Assembly: GCA_045597345.1 (NCBI GenBank)
Contig: JAZLJW010000047.1
Location: 26,437-90,436 of the forward strand
Length of the DNA: 64,000 nucleotides
Source of the DNA: Treponemataceae bacterium
GTDB taxonomy: Bacteria; Spirochaetota; Spirochaetia; Treponematales; Treponemataceae
Direction: 5' to 3'
Numbering within the stretch: the first letter of the stretch is position 1; the number at the start of each line of letters is the position of its first letter. Below, piece by piece: positions 8,794 to 17,931 of this stretch. Under the pieces are notes generated by a model, which saw nothing but the letters and a program-made list of their open reading frames with translations, did no database searches and had not been told where the DNA came from. The translations under genes were made by a program, and so were the position numbers.

Positions 8794-10188
8794 ATGGCTG
8801 AAGAAAAAAAAGGACTGACAAAGAAAAATGTTGTCGGTTATGCCTTTGGTGACTTGGGTGGCTGCATGACCTTTACCCTGATGGGGGCAATGGTTACCCG
8901 GTATTATACCAACGTACTGCACGTTAATACCGTTATTCTTGCAACGCTGCTGCTGATCTGGAATGTCTGGGATGCTGTAAATGACCCGATGATGGGTGCC
9001 TTAATGGACAAGATGTTTGCAAAGCATCAGGATAAGCGCGGTAAGTTCCGCCCCTGGCTGCTCCGTTCAACACCGCTTCTGGCCATAACTGCCGTTGTTT
9101 TCTGGACCGTTCCTACCTTCTTTGAAGGAACTGCCATGCTGGTTGTTCTGTTCTTCTGCAAGATTCTGTATGAAGGTATGTATACCATGTTCAACATCCC
9201 CATGGGGTCTCTGCTTTCTGCCATGGCCAATACGGATAACGAACGCGCCAAACTGTCATCGGCCCGCGGTTTCGGCTCCATGATCGGTAACATTATCCCT
9301 ATGATGATCATGCCTCAGATGCTGTCGGCCTGGGGGGATACCAGTAAGGCATTCGGCATTGGTGGTGCTGTCTGTGCCGCCATCGGATTTGTGTTCTGCT
9401 TCCTGCACTATGCCTGGACGGAAGAACGCAATGTATCAGTTTCATCAGAAGATGCCGCCAACGTAAAAATGTCGGATATCTTTGGCGTTTTCAGACATAA
9501 CCGGCCTTTTGTGGCCCTTTGTATCCACGGTATTGCCATCTGTACCATGCAGTATGTCAATTCTACCCTGGGAACTTATATGTATGCCGATGTTCTGGGA
9601 AATGTAGGCCTGATGAGTGCTGCCAGCGGTATCGGTATGGTTCTGGGGCTGCCAATCCTGATTTTTACCCCGAAACTGGCTAAGAAATTCTCTCTTGAAG
9701 GCATTATCCGCTACGGACTGCTTATTTCTGCCGCCATGTACATCGTACTGTTCGGTGTTCTTTCTGTAACCATGATTAACCCCTGGATCTTCATTATCTG
9801 GACTTCTCTGGGTATGTCTTTTGCCATGATTTCCATCTACATGCAGTGGGGTCTGGTGGGAGAAGCCATTGACTACAATGAAATGGTTACCGGTAAACGC
9901 ACCGAAGGCTCTATCTACGGAACATTCAACCTGTGCCGCCGCATCGGTCAGACTGTTGGTAACAGTGCTGCTGTTCTGGCCCTTGGCTGGATCGGCTACG
10001 ATGCCGTTATCGCTCAGGCTGGCGGACAGCAGTCTGCTGGTGCCATTGCCGGCATCAAGGCTCTGTGCCTTCTGGTTCCCGGTATCTTCCTGATTATTTC
10101 GTGGGCATCATTCAAATTCGTTTGGAACATCAAACCAGAAACCCGCCAGCAGCTTAAGGCATTTAAAGAAGGAAAAGGAGCTGAATGA
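8794..10188 (+). CDS. glycoside-pentoside-hexuronide (GPH):cation symporter-family transporter
   Basis: 'WDAVNDPMMGALMDK....RGKFRPWLL' is the GPH/MelB-YicJ signature. About 12 hydrophobic segments. SD AAGGAGG. Confidence 0.8.
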   Translation: MAEEKKGLTKKNVVGYAFGDLGGCMTFTLMGAMVTRYYTNVLHVNTVILATLLLIWNVWDAVNDPMMGALMDKMFAKHQDKRGKFRPWLLRSTPLLAITAVVFWTVPTFFEGTAMLVVLFFCKILYEGMYTMFNIPMGSLLSAMANTDNERAKLSSARGFGSMIGNIIPMMIMPQMLSAWGDTSKAFGIGGAVCAAIGFVFCFLHYAWTEERNVSVSSEDAANVKMSDIFGVFRHNRPFVALCIHGIAICTMQYVNSTLGTYMYADVLGNVGLMSAASGIGMVLGLPILIFTPKLAKKFSLEGIIRYGLLISAAMYIVLFGVLSVTMINPWIFIIWTSLGMSFAMISIYMQWGLVGEAIDYNEMVTGKRTEGSIYGTFNLCRRIGQTVGNSAAVLALGWIGYDAVIAQAGGQQSAGAIAGIKALCLLVPGIFLIISWASFKFVWNIKPETRQQLKAFKEGKGAE

Positions 10189-11555
10189 TGGTGCTTCAGA
10201 CAAACTGTGGTGCCATCCGCGGTACATCCTGCGAACTGTCCGGCGTAACCGCCTTTAAGGGAATCCGCTATGCCGCTGCCGGCCGCTGGGAATATCCGGC
10301 CATTGTAACCCATTGGGATGGCGAGTATGACGCTACCCGGTACGGAAACTGCTCGTACCAGCCACGGTCGTTCTACGATGAATCAAAGACGGCAGAAAAG
10401 GCGTTCTACTACAACGAATTCCGGAAAGGCGAAACCTATACCTACAGCGAAGACTGTCTGTTCTTGAATATCTGGAAGCCGGACAGTGCAACAGCTGACA
10501 GTAAGCTGCCGGTTATCTTCTATATCCACGGCGGTGGGTTTACCGGTGGCTGCGGTCACGAAAAACATTTTGACGGTCCTGCCTGGGCCACAAAAGACTG
10601 TATCGCCGTAACCATCAATTACCGGCTGGGGCCGTTGGGATTTCTGGTATTGCCGGAACTGGCTGCAGAAGTCGGCCACACGGGTAACTACGGACTCTTT
10701 GACCAGCTGACGGCCCTGCAGTGGGTACACGACAATATTGCTGCCTTTGGCGGTGACCCGGATAACGTGACCATTATGGGGCAGAGCGCCGGTGCCATGA
10801 GTGTGCAGCAGCTTCTGTTAAGCCCTCTGGCAAAGCCCTATATTGCCAAAGCGGTGCTCAGCAGCGGCGGTGGCGTAAATAAGATGTTTGGCGGCTACAA
10901 CCCGCCCGAAAAGCGGTATGACTACTGGAAAGCCGTAATGGAACGCTGCGGCTGTGCAACGCTGGAAGAATTCCGTGCCGTAGAGGTAGAAAAACTGCTG
11001 GCGGTATCCAAGGAACTGCAGAAAGAGATGAAAATGGGTATGGCCAGTGCGCCCTGTACGGATGGCGTATTTACCCCAAAGGCTCCCATGGATATCGTGG
11101 CTGCAGGAGAGCAGGCTGCCGTGCCTTTGCTGTTGGGAACCACCAGCCATGACATTTTTCCGCCCATTCTGCATTCCATGGCCGTAGACTTCTGCCAGAC
11201 CATGGCAACGGCAAAAAAGACGCCGGCTTATGCCTGGTTCTTTAACCGGATGCTGCCCGGTGACAAAAACGGCGCCTGGCACAGTGCAGACCTGTGGTAC
11301 TGGTTCGGAACTCTGGCCCACTGCTGGCGTCCTTTTACGGACAAAGACCGGCAGTTGAGTGACGAAATGGTAACCCGTCTGGCAGCCTTTGCCCGTACCG
11401 GTAATCCCAATGCACCGGGACTGGTTGAATGGCAGCCGGTTACAGAAAAAAGCCGGAAAGTGCTGGTTTTAGGCGAAAAGCCCACCCACATGGGCAAGGC
11501 CAGTAAATTAAAGCTGTTCTGGACCATGCTGACCAATAAGGCAGTAGGGGAATAA
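10185..11555 (+). CDS. type-B carboxylesterase/lipase-family protein (PnbA-like)
   Basis: 'EDCLFLNIW', 'FYIHGGGF' and the nucleophile elbow 'GQSAGA'. The start overlaps the GPH stop (ATGA). Confidence 0.8.
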   Translation: MMVLQTNCGAIRGTSCELSGVTAFKGIRYAAAGRWEYPAIVTHWDGEYDATRYGNCSYQPRSFYDESKTAEKAFYYNEFRKGETYTYSEDCLFLNIWKPDSATADSKLPVIFYIHGGGFTGGCGHEKHFDGPAWATKDCIAVTINYRLGPLGFLVLPELAAEVGHTGNYGLFDQLTALQWVHDNIAAFGGDPDNVTIMGQSAGAMSVQQLLLSPLAKPYIAKAVLSSGGGVNKMFGGYNPPEKRYDYWKAVMERCGCATLEEFRAVEVEKLLAVSKELQKEMKMGMASAPCTDGVFTPKAPMDIVAAGEQAAVPLLLGTTSHDIFPPILHSMAVDFCQTMATAKKTPAYAWFFNRMLPGDKNGAWHSADLWYWFGTLAHCWRPFTDKDRQLSDEMVTRLAAFARTGNPNAPGLVEWQPVTEKSRKVLVLGEKPTHMGKASKLKLFWTMLTNKAVGE

Positions 11556-11616
11556 AAAAATTGGCGCCACGGACGGCGCCATAAACGTCGGGTTTTGCAT
11601 CAACAAACCGTCCGTC
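11554..11616. repeat. Family-C repeat (AAAAAATTGGCGCCACGGAYGGCGCCATAAACGTCGGGTTT..)
   Basis: Contains a GGCGCC-acggac-GGCGCC hairpin. It closely matches the copies at 30313-30352 and 30370-30412, and the variant at 18941-18995. Confidence 0.75.
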
Positions 11617-11836
11617 AGTGTTGTAGGTTCACATTTGTGGTCTGTGTCAAAAATTGACTATGACCAGTGAAAAAAACGGAATGATAGGTCAAAGTTTCAG
11701 CCTTACAATCTGTACTATAAACACTGTCTGACCGGAAGGTCGAATAAAAGGAGGTGTGATAAAAATACATCCGTGTATTTTTACCACAGGCAGTTGAAAA
11801 AGCGTTGCTTTCCAACTGCTTATACAGCACTTCCAT

Positions 11837-11858
11837 GTGCTGCCGCTATTGCGGTGGC
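11837..11858 (+). promoter_or_regulatory. 5'-UTR stem-loop GTGCTGCCGC-tatt-GCGGTGGC next to the SD
   Basis: 8-bp stem including two G-U pairs, 7 nt upstream of AGGAGG. The same element is found at 33894-33915 and 21929-21950 (minus strand). Confidence 0.55.
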
Positions 11859-11876
11859 GTAAAAAAGGAGGACATT

Positions 11877-13169
11877 ATGAAATTAAAAGTTGTATCGCTG
11901 TTATTTATTGCTGCAACACTTGCTGCGCTGTTTACTGGTTGCAGCAATAAACCCAAAAACACCAACATTACATTCTTTACCACAGAAACCGGTAAAGATG
12001 ATTACTTCATGGATTTGATTCGGGACTTTGAATCAAAGAATGAAGGTATCAAAGTTGAATATATTGCAGCTGGTGACGACCAGCTTGCTGCCTGGATGGC
12101 CCTGTATGCCAGTAAAGAAGGCCCAACCGTATCACTTATGGACCCCATCAATGTATGGGAAAATCAGGAACGCATGCTGCCTCTTACCGGACACAAAATG
12201 ATTGATAACATCAACAAAGATGCACTGAGCACTATGACTTTCGGTGGCGATGTTTACGCAGTTCCAATGACTGCTGCCGGTATCGGTATCCTGTATAATA
12301 AAGCTGTATGTGATAAAGCTGTTGGCGGAAACTTTGATCCTGCTTCCATCAAAACGATCAATGATCTTGAAGACCTGTTCAAGAAAATTGAAGCTACCGG
12401 TGTTGCTGCCAGCTGTCTTACCGGTGTTAACTGGTCTCTGGGTGCACACTTCCTGTGTCAGACCTACGGTGCTGCCCATGGTTCAACTGCTGACCGTGTA
12501 AATTATGTAAACAGCATTATTGCCGGAAAAACCAAAGAAATTGAAAATCCTGTATTCAACGGATACATGGATACTTTTGACCTGATTGCTAAATACAACA
12601 TCAACAAGGCAGACCCACTGGTAGGGGACGTAAACGTAGATGCTGCAAATCTGGCTTCAGGAAAATGCGGTACCTGGTTTATGGGTGACTGGGCATGGAC
12701 CTACCTTGCAGGTATTGCTGCAGCTGATGCTGAATTCGGACTGCTGCCAATTCCACACAGCAACGATACGTCAGATGTTCTTAATTCAAGCATTCCAACT
12801 TCATATGCAAAAGGCTACTGTATCGATAAAAGCCAGAACACGGAAGAACAGCAGGCAGCCGGTCTTAAATTCATTGAATACCTTACTTCGGATGCCTATG
12901 CCATTGAACGCACTGCCGTAGTTTGTGGTCAGGCTATGCCTGTTAAAAACTTCAATGCTCAGGATCGTCTGAGTCCTCTGGGAAAATCTACTGCCAGCTA
13001 CATGGCCAGTGGAAAAATCTATGACTTCTATGGAACACCTAATCTGTGTCCATCAGACATCTGGTATGAGTGTGGTGCTTATATGTGTAAATATCTGGCA
13101 GGAAAATCTGACAGAGCTACTCTTGCTGCAGAAGTAGACACATACTGGACCAAACAGCAGCCTAGATAA
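11877..13169 (+). CDS. ABC transporter substrate-binding lipoprotein (carbohydrate type)
   Basis: 'MKLKVVSLLFIAATLAALFTGCS' contains a lipobox. Size and composition fit a family-1 sugar-binding protein. The ATG at 11877 is preceded by AAAGGAGG, and the longer track ORF (from 11805) runs through the UTR hairpin. Confidence 0.75.
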   Translation: MKLKVVSLLFIAATLAALFTGCSNKPKNTNITFFTTETGKDDYFMDLIRDFESKNEGIKVEYIAAGDDQLAAWMALYASKEGPTVSLMDPINVWENQERMLPLTGHKMIDNINKDALSTMTFGGDVYAVPMTAAGIGILYNKAVCDKAVGGNFDPASIKTINDLEDLFKKIEATGVAASCLTGVNWSLGAHFLCQTYGAAHGSTADRVNYVNSIIAGKTKEIENPVFNGYMDTFDLIAKYNINKADPLVGDVNVDAANLASGKCGTWFMGDWAWTYLAGIAAADAEFGLLPIPHSNDTSDVLNSSIPTSYAKGYCIDKSQNTEEQQAAGLKFIEYLTSDAYAIERTAVVCGQAMPVKNFNAQDRLSPLGKSTASYMASGKIYDFYGTPNLCPSDIWYECGAYMCKYLAGKSDRATLAAEVDTYWTKQQPR

Positions 13170-13177
13170 CCCGTCCG

Positions 13178-13216
13178 AAAAAGCTGGTCTGGTCATGCGC
13201 CGGCCAGCTTTTTTCC
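13178..13216 (+). terminator. rho-independent terminator-like hairpin after the binding-protein gene
   Basis: AAGCTGGTC-N12-GGCCAGCTT followed by TTTTTT. Confidence 0.6.
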
Positions 13217-13249
13217 GTTTAAAAACACAGTAAACAAAAACAGGTGTGT

Positions 13250-14119
13250 ATGGATAAAAAAAAGAACATCCTGCAATTTGTAGGATTCGCTTTACCCACA
13301 ACCTTCATGTGGGTGTCTATTCTCATCATTCCATTCGTGTACGGTATCTGGATTACCTTTACTGACTGGAATGGTCTTGCAATGAAAATCAATTACATCG
13401 GACTGAAAAACTACATCGATGTTCTGAAAGATCCTACGTTTCTGGATTCTTTCTGGAAAACGGTCATCTATGCTGTTTTTACCGTTATTTTCAGTAATGT
13501 TATCGGATTTCTGCTGGCTTTGGCCGTAACCAGTGGATTAAAGGCGCAGGGACTGTTCCGCGCCGGCTTTTTTACCCCGAACATCATTGGCGGTATCATT
13601 CTGGGATATATCTGGAATTTCATCTTTTCGTATGCCTTTACCGATATAGGCAAGGCTCTCAGTATTGAATGGTTGAGTACTTCCTGGCTGACTCATCCCA
13701 CCAGAGCCTTGATGGCACTGATTCTTGTCAGTTCCTGGCAGATGAGCGGTTATCTGATGGTTATCTACATTGCAGGCCTTTCCAACGTTCCGAAAGAATT
13801 GCTGGAAGCTGCAAGGATTGATGGTGCCCGTAACGGCCAGATTATCCGCAGGGTAAAACTGCCTCTTATCCGAAACTCTGTTACCATCTGTCTGTTTCTT
13901 TCAATAACACGTACCTTTATGTCCTTTGATATGAACCTGTCGCTGACAGCCGGTGGTCCGTATAAATCTACGGAACTTATTGCATATAAGATATATCAGA
14001 CTGCTTTTACCAGCATGGAATTCGGTAAAGGTCAGGCTCAGGCTATCGTACTGTTTGTTATCGTTACGGTTATTTCACTGCTGCAGGTGTACTTTACCCG
14101 AAAAGAAGGAGAACAGTGA
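13250..14119 (+). CDS. carbohydrate ABC transporter permease (MalF/UgpA-like)
   Basis: Six hydrophobic segments. The EAA-like loop 'ELLEAARIDGARNGQIIRRVKLPLI' is present. Confidence 0.8.
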   Translation: MDKKKNILQFVGFALPTTFMWVSILIIPFVYGIWITFTDWNGLAMKINYIGLKNYIDVLKDPTFLDSFWKTVIYAVFTVIFSNVIGFLLALAVTSGLKAQGLFRAGFFTPNIIGGIILGYIWNFIFSYAFTDIGKALSIEWLSTSWLTHPTRALMALILVSSWQMSGYLMVIYIAGLSNVPKELLEAARIDGARNGQIIRRVKLPLIRNSVTICLFLSITRTFMSFDMNLSLTAGGPYKSTELIAYKIYQTAFTSMEFGKGQAQAIVLFVIVTVISLLQVYFTRKEGEQ

Positions 14120-14949
14120 TGAAACGAGAAGCTATAGCATCAAAAATCCGGTTTGCGGTTACGCTTCTGGTCCTGATTCTGTTCATGTTCCCGTTCTTTA
14201 TTCTGGTTATCAACACATTCAAGACAACGGGAGAATTTATTGCGGCTCCTCTGGCACTGCCGCATCATTTCAGTCTGGATAATTATGGTATTGCCATTGC
14301 CCGCATGAATTTCTGGAATGCCTTTACCAATACTGCGGTAGTTACCATTGGTGGAGTGCTGTTAAATACTTTGTTATCGTCCATGACCGGGTATCTGTTT
14401 GCCAGAAAAAAATGGAAAATCAACAGAATAATCTTCGCAGCGTTTCTGGCATCTATGGTTGCACCGTTTCAGGTGTACATGATTCCGCTGGTTAAGCTGT
14501 ATGGTGGATTTTTCGGCCTTTCAAATACTCGCTTTATCGTGGTGTATATTGCAGCCGGCCTGAATATTCCCTTTGCCGTATTCCTGTATCACGGGTTCAT
14601 AGAAGGTATTCCTGCAGAACTTGATGAAGCTGCCACCATTGATGGCTGCAGTTTTACCAAAACGTTCTTTCAGATTATTCTTCCACTGCTGCAACCTATT
14701 ATTATTACGGTTACCGTCTTTGTTGCCATGGGAATTTGGAATGATTATCTGATGACCAGTCTGTTCCTTACGAAAATGCATACCAGAACTCTGGCACTGG
14801 CCATCAAGACATTCCTGACCAACCATACGGCAGAATATGCCCCCATGATGGCAGGCCTTTTTATGAGTGTGCTTCCTGTCCTGATTTTCTATCTCATTGG
14901 ACAGAAATACATTATTGAAGGTGTTGTAGCAGGCAGTGTTAAAGGCTGA
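14119..14949 (+). CDS. carbohydrate ABC transporter permease (MalG/UgpE-like)
   Basis: 'ELDEAATIDGCSFTKTFFQIILPLL' EAA loop. The start overlaps the upstream stop (GTGATG). Confidence 0.8.
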   Translation: MKREAIASKIRFAVTLLVLILFMFPFFILVINTFKTTGEFIAAPLALPHHFSLDNYGIAIARMNFWNAFTNTAVVTIGGVLLNTLLSSMTGYLFARKKWKINRIIFAAFLASMVAPFQVYMIPLVKLYGGFFGLSNTRFIVVYIAAGLNIPFAVFLYHGFIEGIPAELDEAATIDGCSFTKTFFQIILPLLQPIIITVTVFVAMGIWNDYLMTSLFLTKMHTRTLALAIKTFLTNHTAEYAPMMAGLFMSVLPVLIFYLIGQKYIIEGVVAGSVKG

Positions 14950-15775
14950 TTTGTTTTGATGGATTGTACATACTGGGAGTACAACCGAATGCCTTTTTGA
15001 AGGTACTGATGAAAGACTTGGTGTTTGGAAAGCCATTCTGCAGAGCACAGTCCATCACGTTGATTCGTGAGCGTGAAAGCTGCTCTGCAGCATGGCTTAC
15101 CCGTACAAAGTTCAGATATGCCAGAAAGTTTACTCCCAACGTTTTCTTGAACAGTCTGGAAAAATAACTTTCTGAATAGCTGAAATAATCAGCTACGGAA
15201 TTCAGTGTTATGTCTTCACGGTAGTGCTGCTCAATGTATTCCGTAAGATTCTGAAGTAAGGTAATATCCACGTCATTCTCTGTTTCTGTCGCACGTTTTT
15301 CAGTGTCCATGCAGTTGGCAGAGAGCAGCTGCAATAATTGGAAAATATGAGCCATGACAAACAGTTGGTGTTCAGGTGATTGTTCATTAGCGTTATACAG
15401 TTCTTCTGCAATAACTTTCATTTGCTTTGTCAGCTGCATATTGTGGTAATTATTGAGAAAAATTCGTTTCCCTACCCATTTTTCAACAAAATCAAGGGAA
15501 AGGATAATCGTCAGGCCGGTAAAGGTGTCTGTTGGAGATATACAGCGGCAGGAATGAAATTCGCAGCTGTTTACAATAACCCAGTCTGACTCTACCAGCT
15601 GGAAATTGCTGGAACTGGTATTGTATTGAATTTGTCCGTCCAGGTTGATGGTAACTTCTACACTGCGGTGCCAGTGCATGGAAACATCCAGCTTATGCCC
15701 CTGCAGATTATGCTTGTACAGCTTAACAGGTAACGTAGAGAATACATCGTTATGTGATTCGTAAATCTGTGACAT
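14939..15775 (-). CDS. AraC-family transcriptional regulator
   Basis: C-terminal double HTH 'LNSVADYFSYSESYFSRLFKK..' and 'MDCALQNGFPNTKSFISTFKKAFGCTPS'. I prefer the ATG at 15775 because a TGGTATAAT box lies inside the longer TTG-initiated ORF. Confidence 0.8.
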   Translation of the reverse strand: MSQIYESHNDVFSTLPVKLYKHNLQGHKLDVSMHWHRSVEVTINLDGQIQYNTSSSNFQLVESDWVIVNSCEFHSCRCISPTDTFTGLTIILSLDFVEKWVGKRIFLNNYHNMQLTKQMKVIAEELYNANEQSPEHQLFVMAHIFQLLQLLSANCMDTEKRATETENDVDITLLQNLTEYIEQHYREDITLNSVADYFSYSESYFSRLFKKTLGVNFLAYLNFVRVSHAAEQLSRSRINVMDCALQNGFPNTKSFISTFKKAFGCTPSMYNPSKQISL

Positions 15776-15827
15776 GGGTAGTGCATTATACCATATATTA
15801 TGGAAATCCCGGCAATGTATATTACCT

Positions 15828-15863
15828 TGAGTCAAGCTCAGACTGTCGGGCTTGGCTCAGGAT
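15828..15863. repeat. Family-A-related repeat (inverted-orientation type)
   Basis: TGAGTCAAGCTCAG...GCTTGGCTCAGGAT shares both blocks with 6720-6760. Confidence 0.6.
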
Positions 15864-15889
15864 TTTTGGAAAGGGCTTTCTATACTGGC

Positions 15890-17242
15890 TTAGAACTTCT
15901 GTACTTCCATGTTCAGCATGTTGGCAAGAATTTCAAGTTCGGCAGAAACATCGCCGTAAACCACTACAAAGTGCGGTTCCCAGCCTGCCTGTACGCTTTT
16001 ATACACAATGTCTTCGGCACTGTAGTCGGTGCGTACAACCAGGGAACAGCCGTTGAACTGTTTTGGTTTATCCAGGGCTTCTCCGCCTGCAATAAAGAAA
16101 CGGCAGTTGCCTTCTGCATCTTTACCGATACGGAAAATGGTTACACTGTCAGCGGCTTTGCAGCCAAAATCAAGTGTCGGACCAATCTTACGGTTGCAGT
16201 GAACATCAACTTTGGCGCCGGTGTCTGTTCTTGCAAGGGAGCAGGCGGCAGTTCCACAGTGCCAGAAAGAAATGGTGTTTTCTTTTTCATCAAGTGACAC
16301 AGGGTCGCCAAAGAAGGTTGGCATATTGGTCAGCTGCATGCCAAGATACATGCTCAGTGCGCCGTAACAGTCAGCTTCACAGCTGGCTGCAACGCCCAGA
16401 TCGTTTAACATGGCAAGAACTGCACAGACCGGGGTGCCGAATGCGGTAAAGAAATCGGGCCAGCAACGTGAAGCAAGGGCTCCAATGTTGTTTTTCTGCA
16501 CATACTCTGCATAGGCTTTGTACAGGCGCGCAAAGTCATTACGGTTCTTTTCTGGAGTATTTTCCAGACCACGCATGCGGCTGCCGGCATCTTTCAGGTA
16601 CGAAGCAATATCTTCTTCACTGAATGTTTTTGCCACATCAATAAGTTCTCGTGCTTCAATGGATTCTAAGGTTACGCCAAAGTTTTTCAGCAGATCCAGA
16701 TCCATGCCACGGCCAAAACCGAATCCCTGGGGAGTGTGGCCTACTGCAGCCATTTTCAGACTTTTCAGTTTGAATTTCAGTTCAGCGGCACGCACGGTGG
16801 CAGCAATTTTTGCAGAAACTTTCGGTTCTGCAGGGGAACCGTAAATGTACTGCAGCGGCTCCTTGTGAAAAACCTTGATGGCGTTGGCTGCGCTGTATGC
16901 TCCGGTAAGGGAATTCAGGCGCAGACGGCCACCATCAATAACGGGTTCCCGCAGTGTCCAAAGCAGAATCGGGCAGTCAAAGCGGCTGAGCACTTCGCTG
17001 GCATATGCTGCATTGGCAAAAGTTACATTCTGCAGCACAATCAGGTCCGGCTGCAGCCCACCAAGAAAGTCTTTCAGTTTATCAAGAGAAAGCAGCATTT
17101 CTGCGGGGCAGACAACATCAGGAGTAATGGATTGTAACAGTAATACGCTGGCGTCAAACTGAGCCTGTGCGCTTTCCAGATGAAAGGTTGGTACACCAAT
17201 TGGTACATACGCAACCTGAAATTTCTTTCCTTCGTTATTCAT
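15890..17242 (-). CDS. L-fucose/L-arabinose isomerase-family sugar isomerase (COG2407-like)
   Basis: 450 aa. The C-terminal 'GWEPHFVVVYGDVSAELEILANMLNMEV' follows the family pattern. SD AAGGAG. The start overlaps the upstream stop (ATGAATAA). Confidence 0.6.
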   Translation of the reverse strand: MNNEGKKFQVAYVPIGVPTFHLESAQAQFDASVLLLQSITPDVVCPAEMLLSLDKLKDFLGGLQPDLIVLQNVTFANAAYASEVLSRFDCPILLWTLREPVIDGGRLRLNSLTGAYSAANAIKVFHKEPLQYIYGSPAEPKVSAKIAATVRAAELKFKLKSLKMAAVGHTPQGFGFGRGMDLDLLKNFGVTLESIEARELIDVAKTFSEEDIASYLKDAGSRMRGLENTPEKNRNDFARLYKAYAEYVQKNNIGALASRCWPDFFTAFGTPVCAVLAMLNDLGVAASCEADCYGALSMYLGMQLTNMPTFFGDPVSLDEKENTISFWHCGTAACSLARTDTGAKVDVHCNRKIGPTLDFGCKAADSVTIFRIGKDAEGNCRFFIAGGEALDKPKQFNGCSLVVRTDYSAEDIVYKSVQAGWEPHFVVVYGDVSAELEILANMLNMEVQKF

Positions 17243-17918
17243 AGAACAACTCCTTGTTTGGTCCGGTAACTCCCGGCCAGGCGCCCTGTTTAATCAGTGG
17301 TTCCCGTTCAGGATGGGCAATTACCCATTTGTTTTTCTGAAGCAGCAGTTTTGTTTCCGGATCACTGCCGGCTGCAGTACCGCCTTCCAGCGGTGTATTG
17401 GTTCGCCGTGGCAGTACTACAACTCCTTTGAACCCTTCATCGCATACTTTCAGCGGCGAAAGGTGCAGCGTTGTCTGGTACATTTCAATCATGGTACCTG
17501 CCGGAACAAAGAATACAGTAGCCTGAGAAACATCGTACTGCAGTTTTTCCATATCAATGTCATAGGAATGCCCCAGACAGAGCATGAAATCAGTAACCGC
17601 GATATTCAGTTCGCTGCCTTTGTGGTATTCAAATCCGTTATAGGTGCTGTTCCGTCCGTTGCAGTACCCAATCTGAACAGGCATGCCGGCATAAATGTCG
17701 TGTTCCAGCACTGCGGCCACCGGTAGTGCTTCCATTTCTGCAATAGAAGCCTTGTATACATTACCGTTTTCCGGAATATCGGTATGGGTTTTCATGTAGT
17801 CAATTAATGGCTGTACATCGTAGCCCTTTACCACTCGGCCAAAAGACTTGAATTCCGGACCGTTTACGTCATACACGGGAACATCGTTTACCGCATTCAG
17901 TTTTTCTAGCAGGGTCAT
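17235..17918 (-). CDS. DUF4867-like (cupin/ureidoglycolate-lyase-like) protein
   Basis: Start set at 'MTLLEKLNAV' (SD AAGGAA), 13 nt after the upstream stop. The longer track ORF would overlap the dehydrogenase gene. The family assignment is from memory of DUF4867 N-termini. Confidence 0.5.
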   Translation of the reverse strand: MTLLEKLNAVNDVPVYDVNGPEFKSFGRVVKGYDVQPLIDYMKTHTDIPENGNVYKASIAEMEALPVAAVLEHDIYAGMPVQIGYCNGRNSTYNGFEYHKGSELNIAVTDFMLCLGHSYDIDMEKLQYDVSQATVFFVPAGTMIEMYQTTLHLSPLKVCDEGFKGVVVLPRRTNTPLEGGTAAGSDPETKLLLQKNKWVIAHPEREPLIKQGAWPGVTGPNKELFYE

Positions 17919-17931
17919 ACGCTCTGATTCC

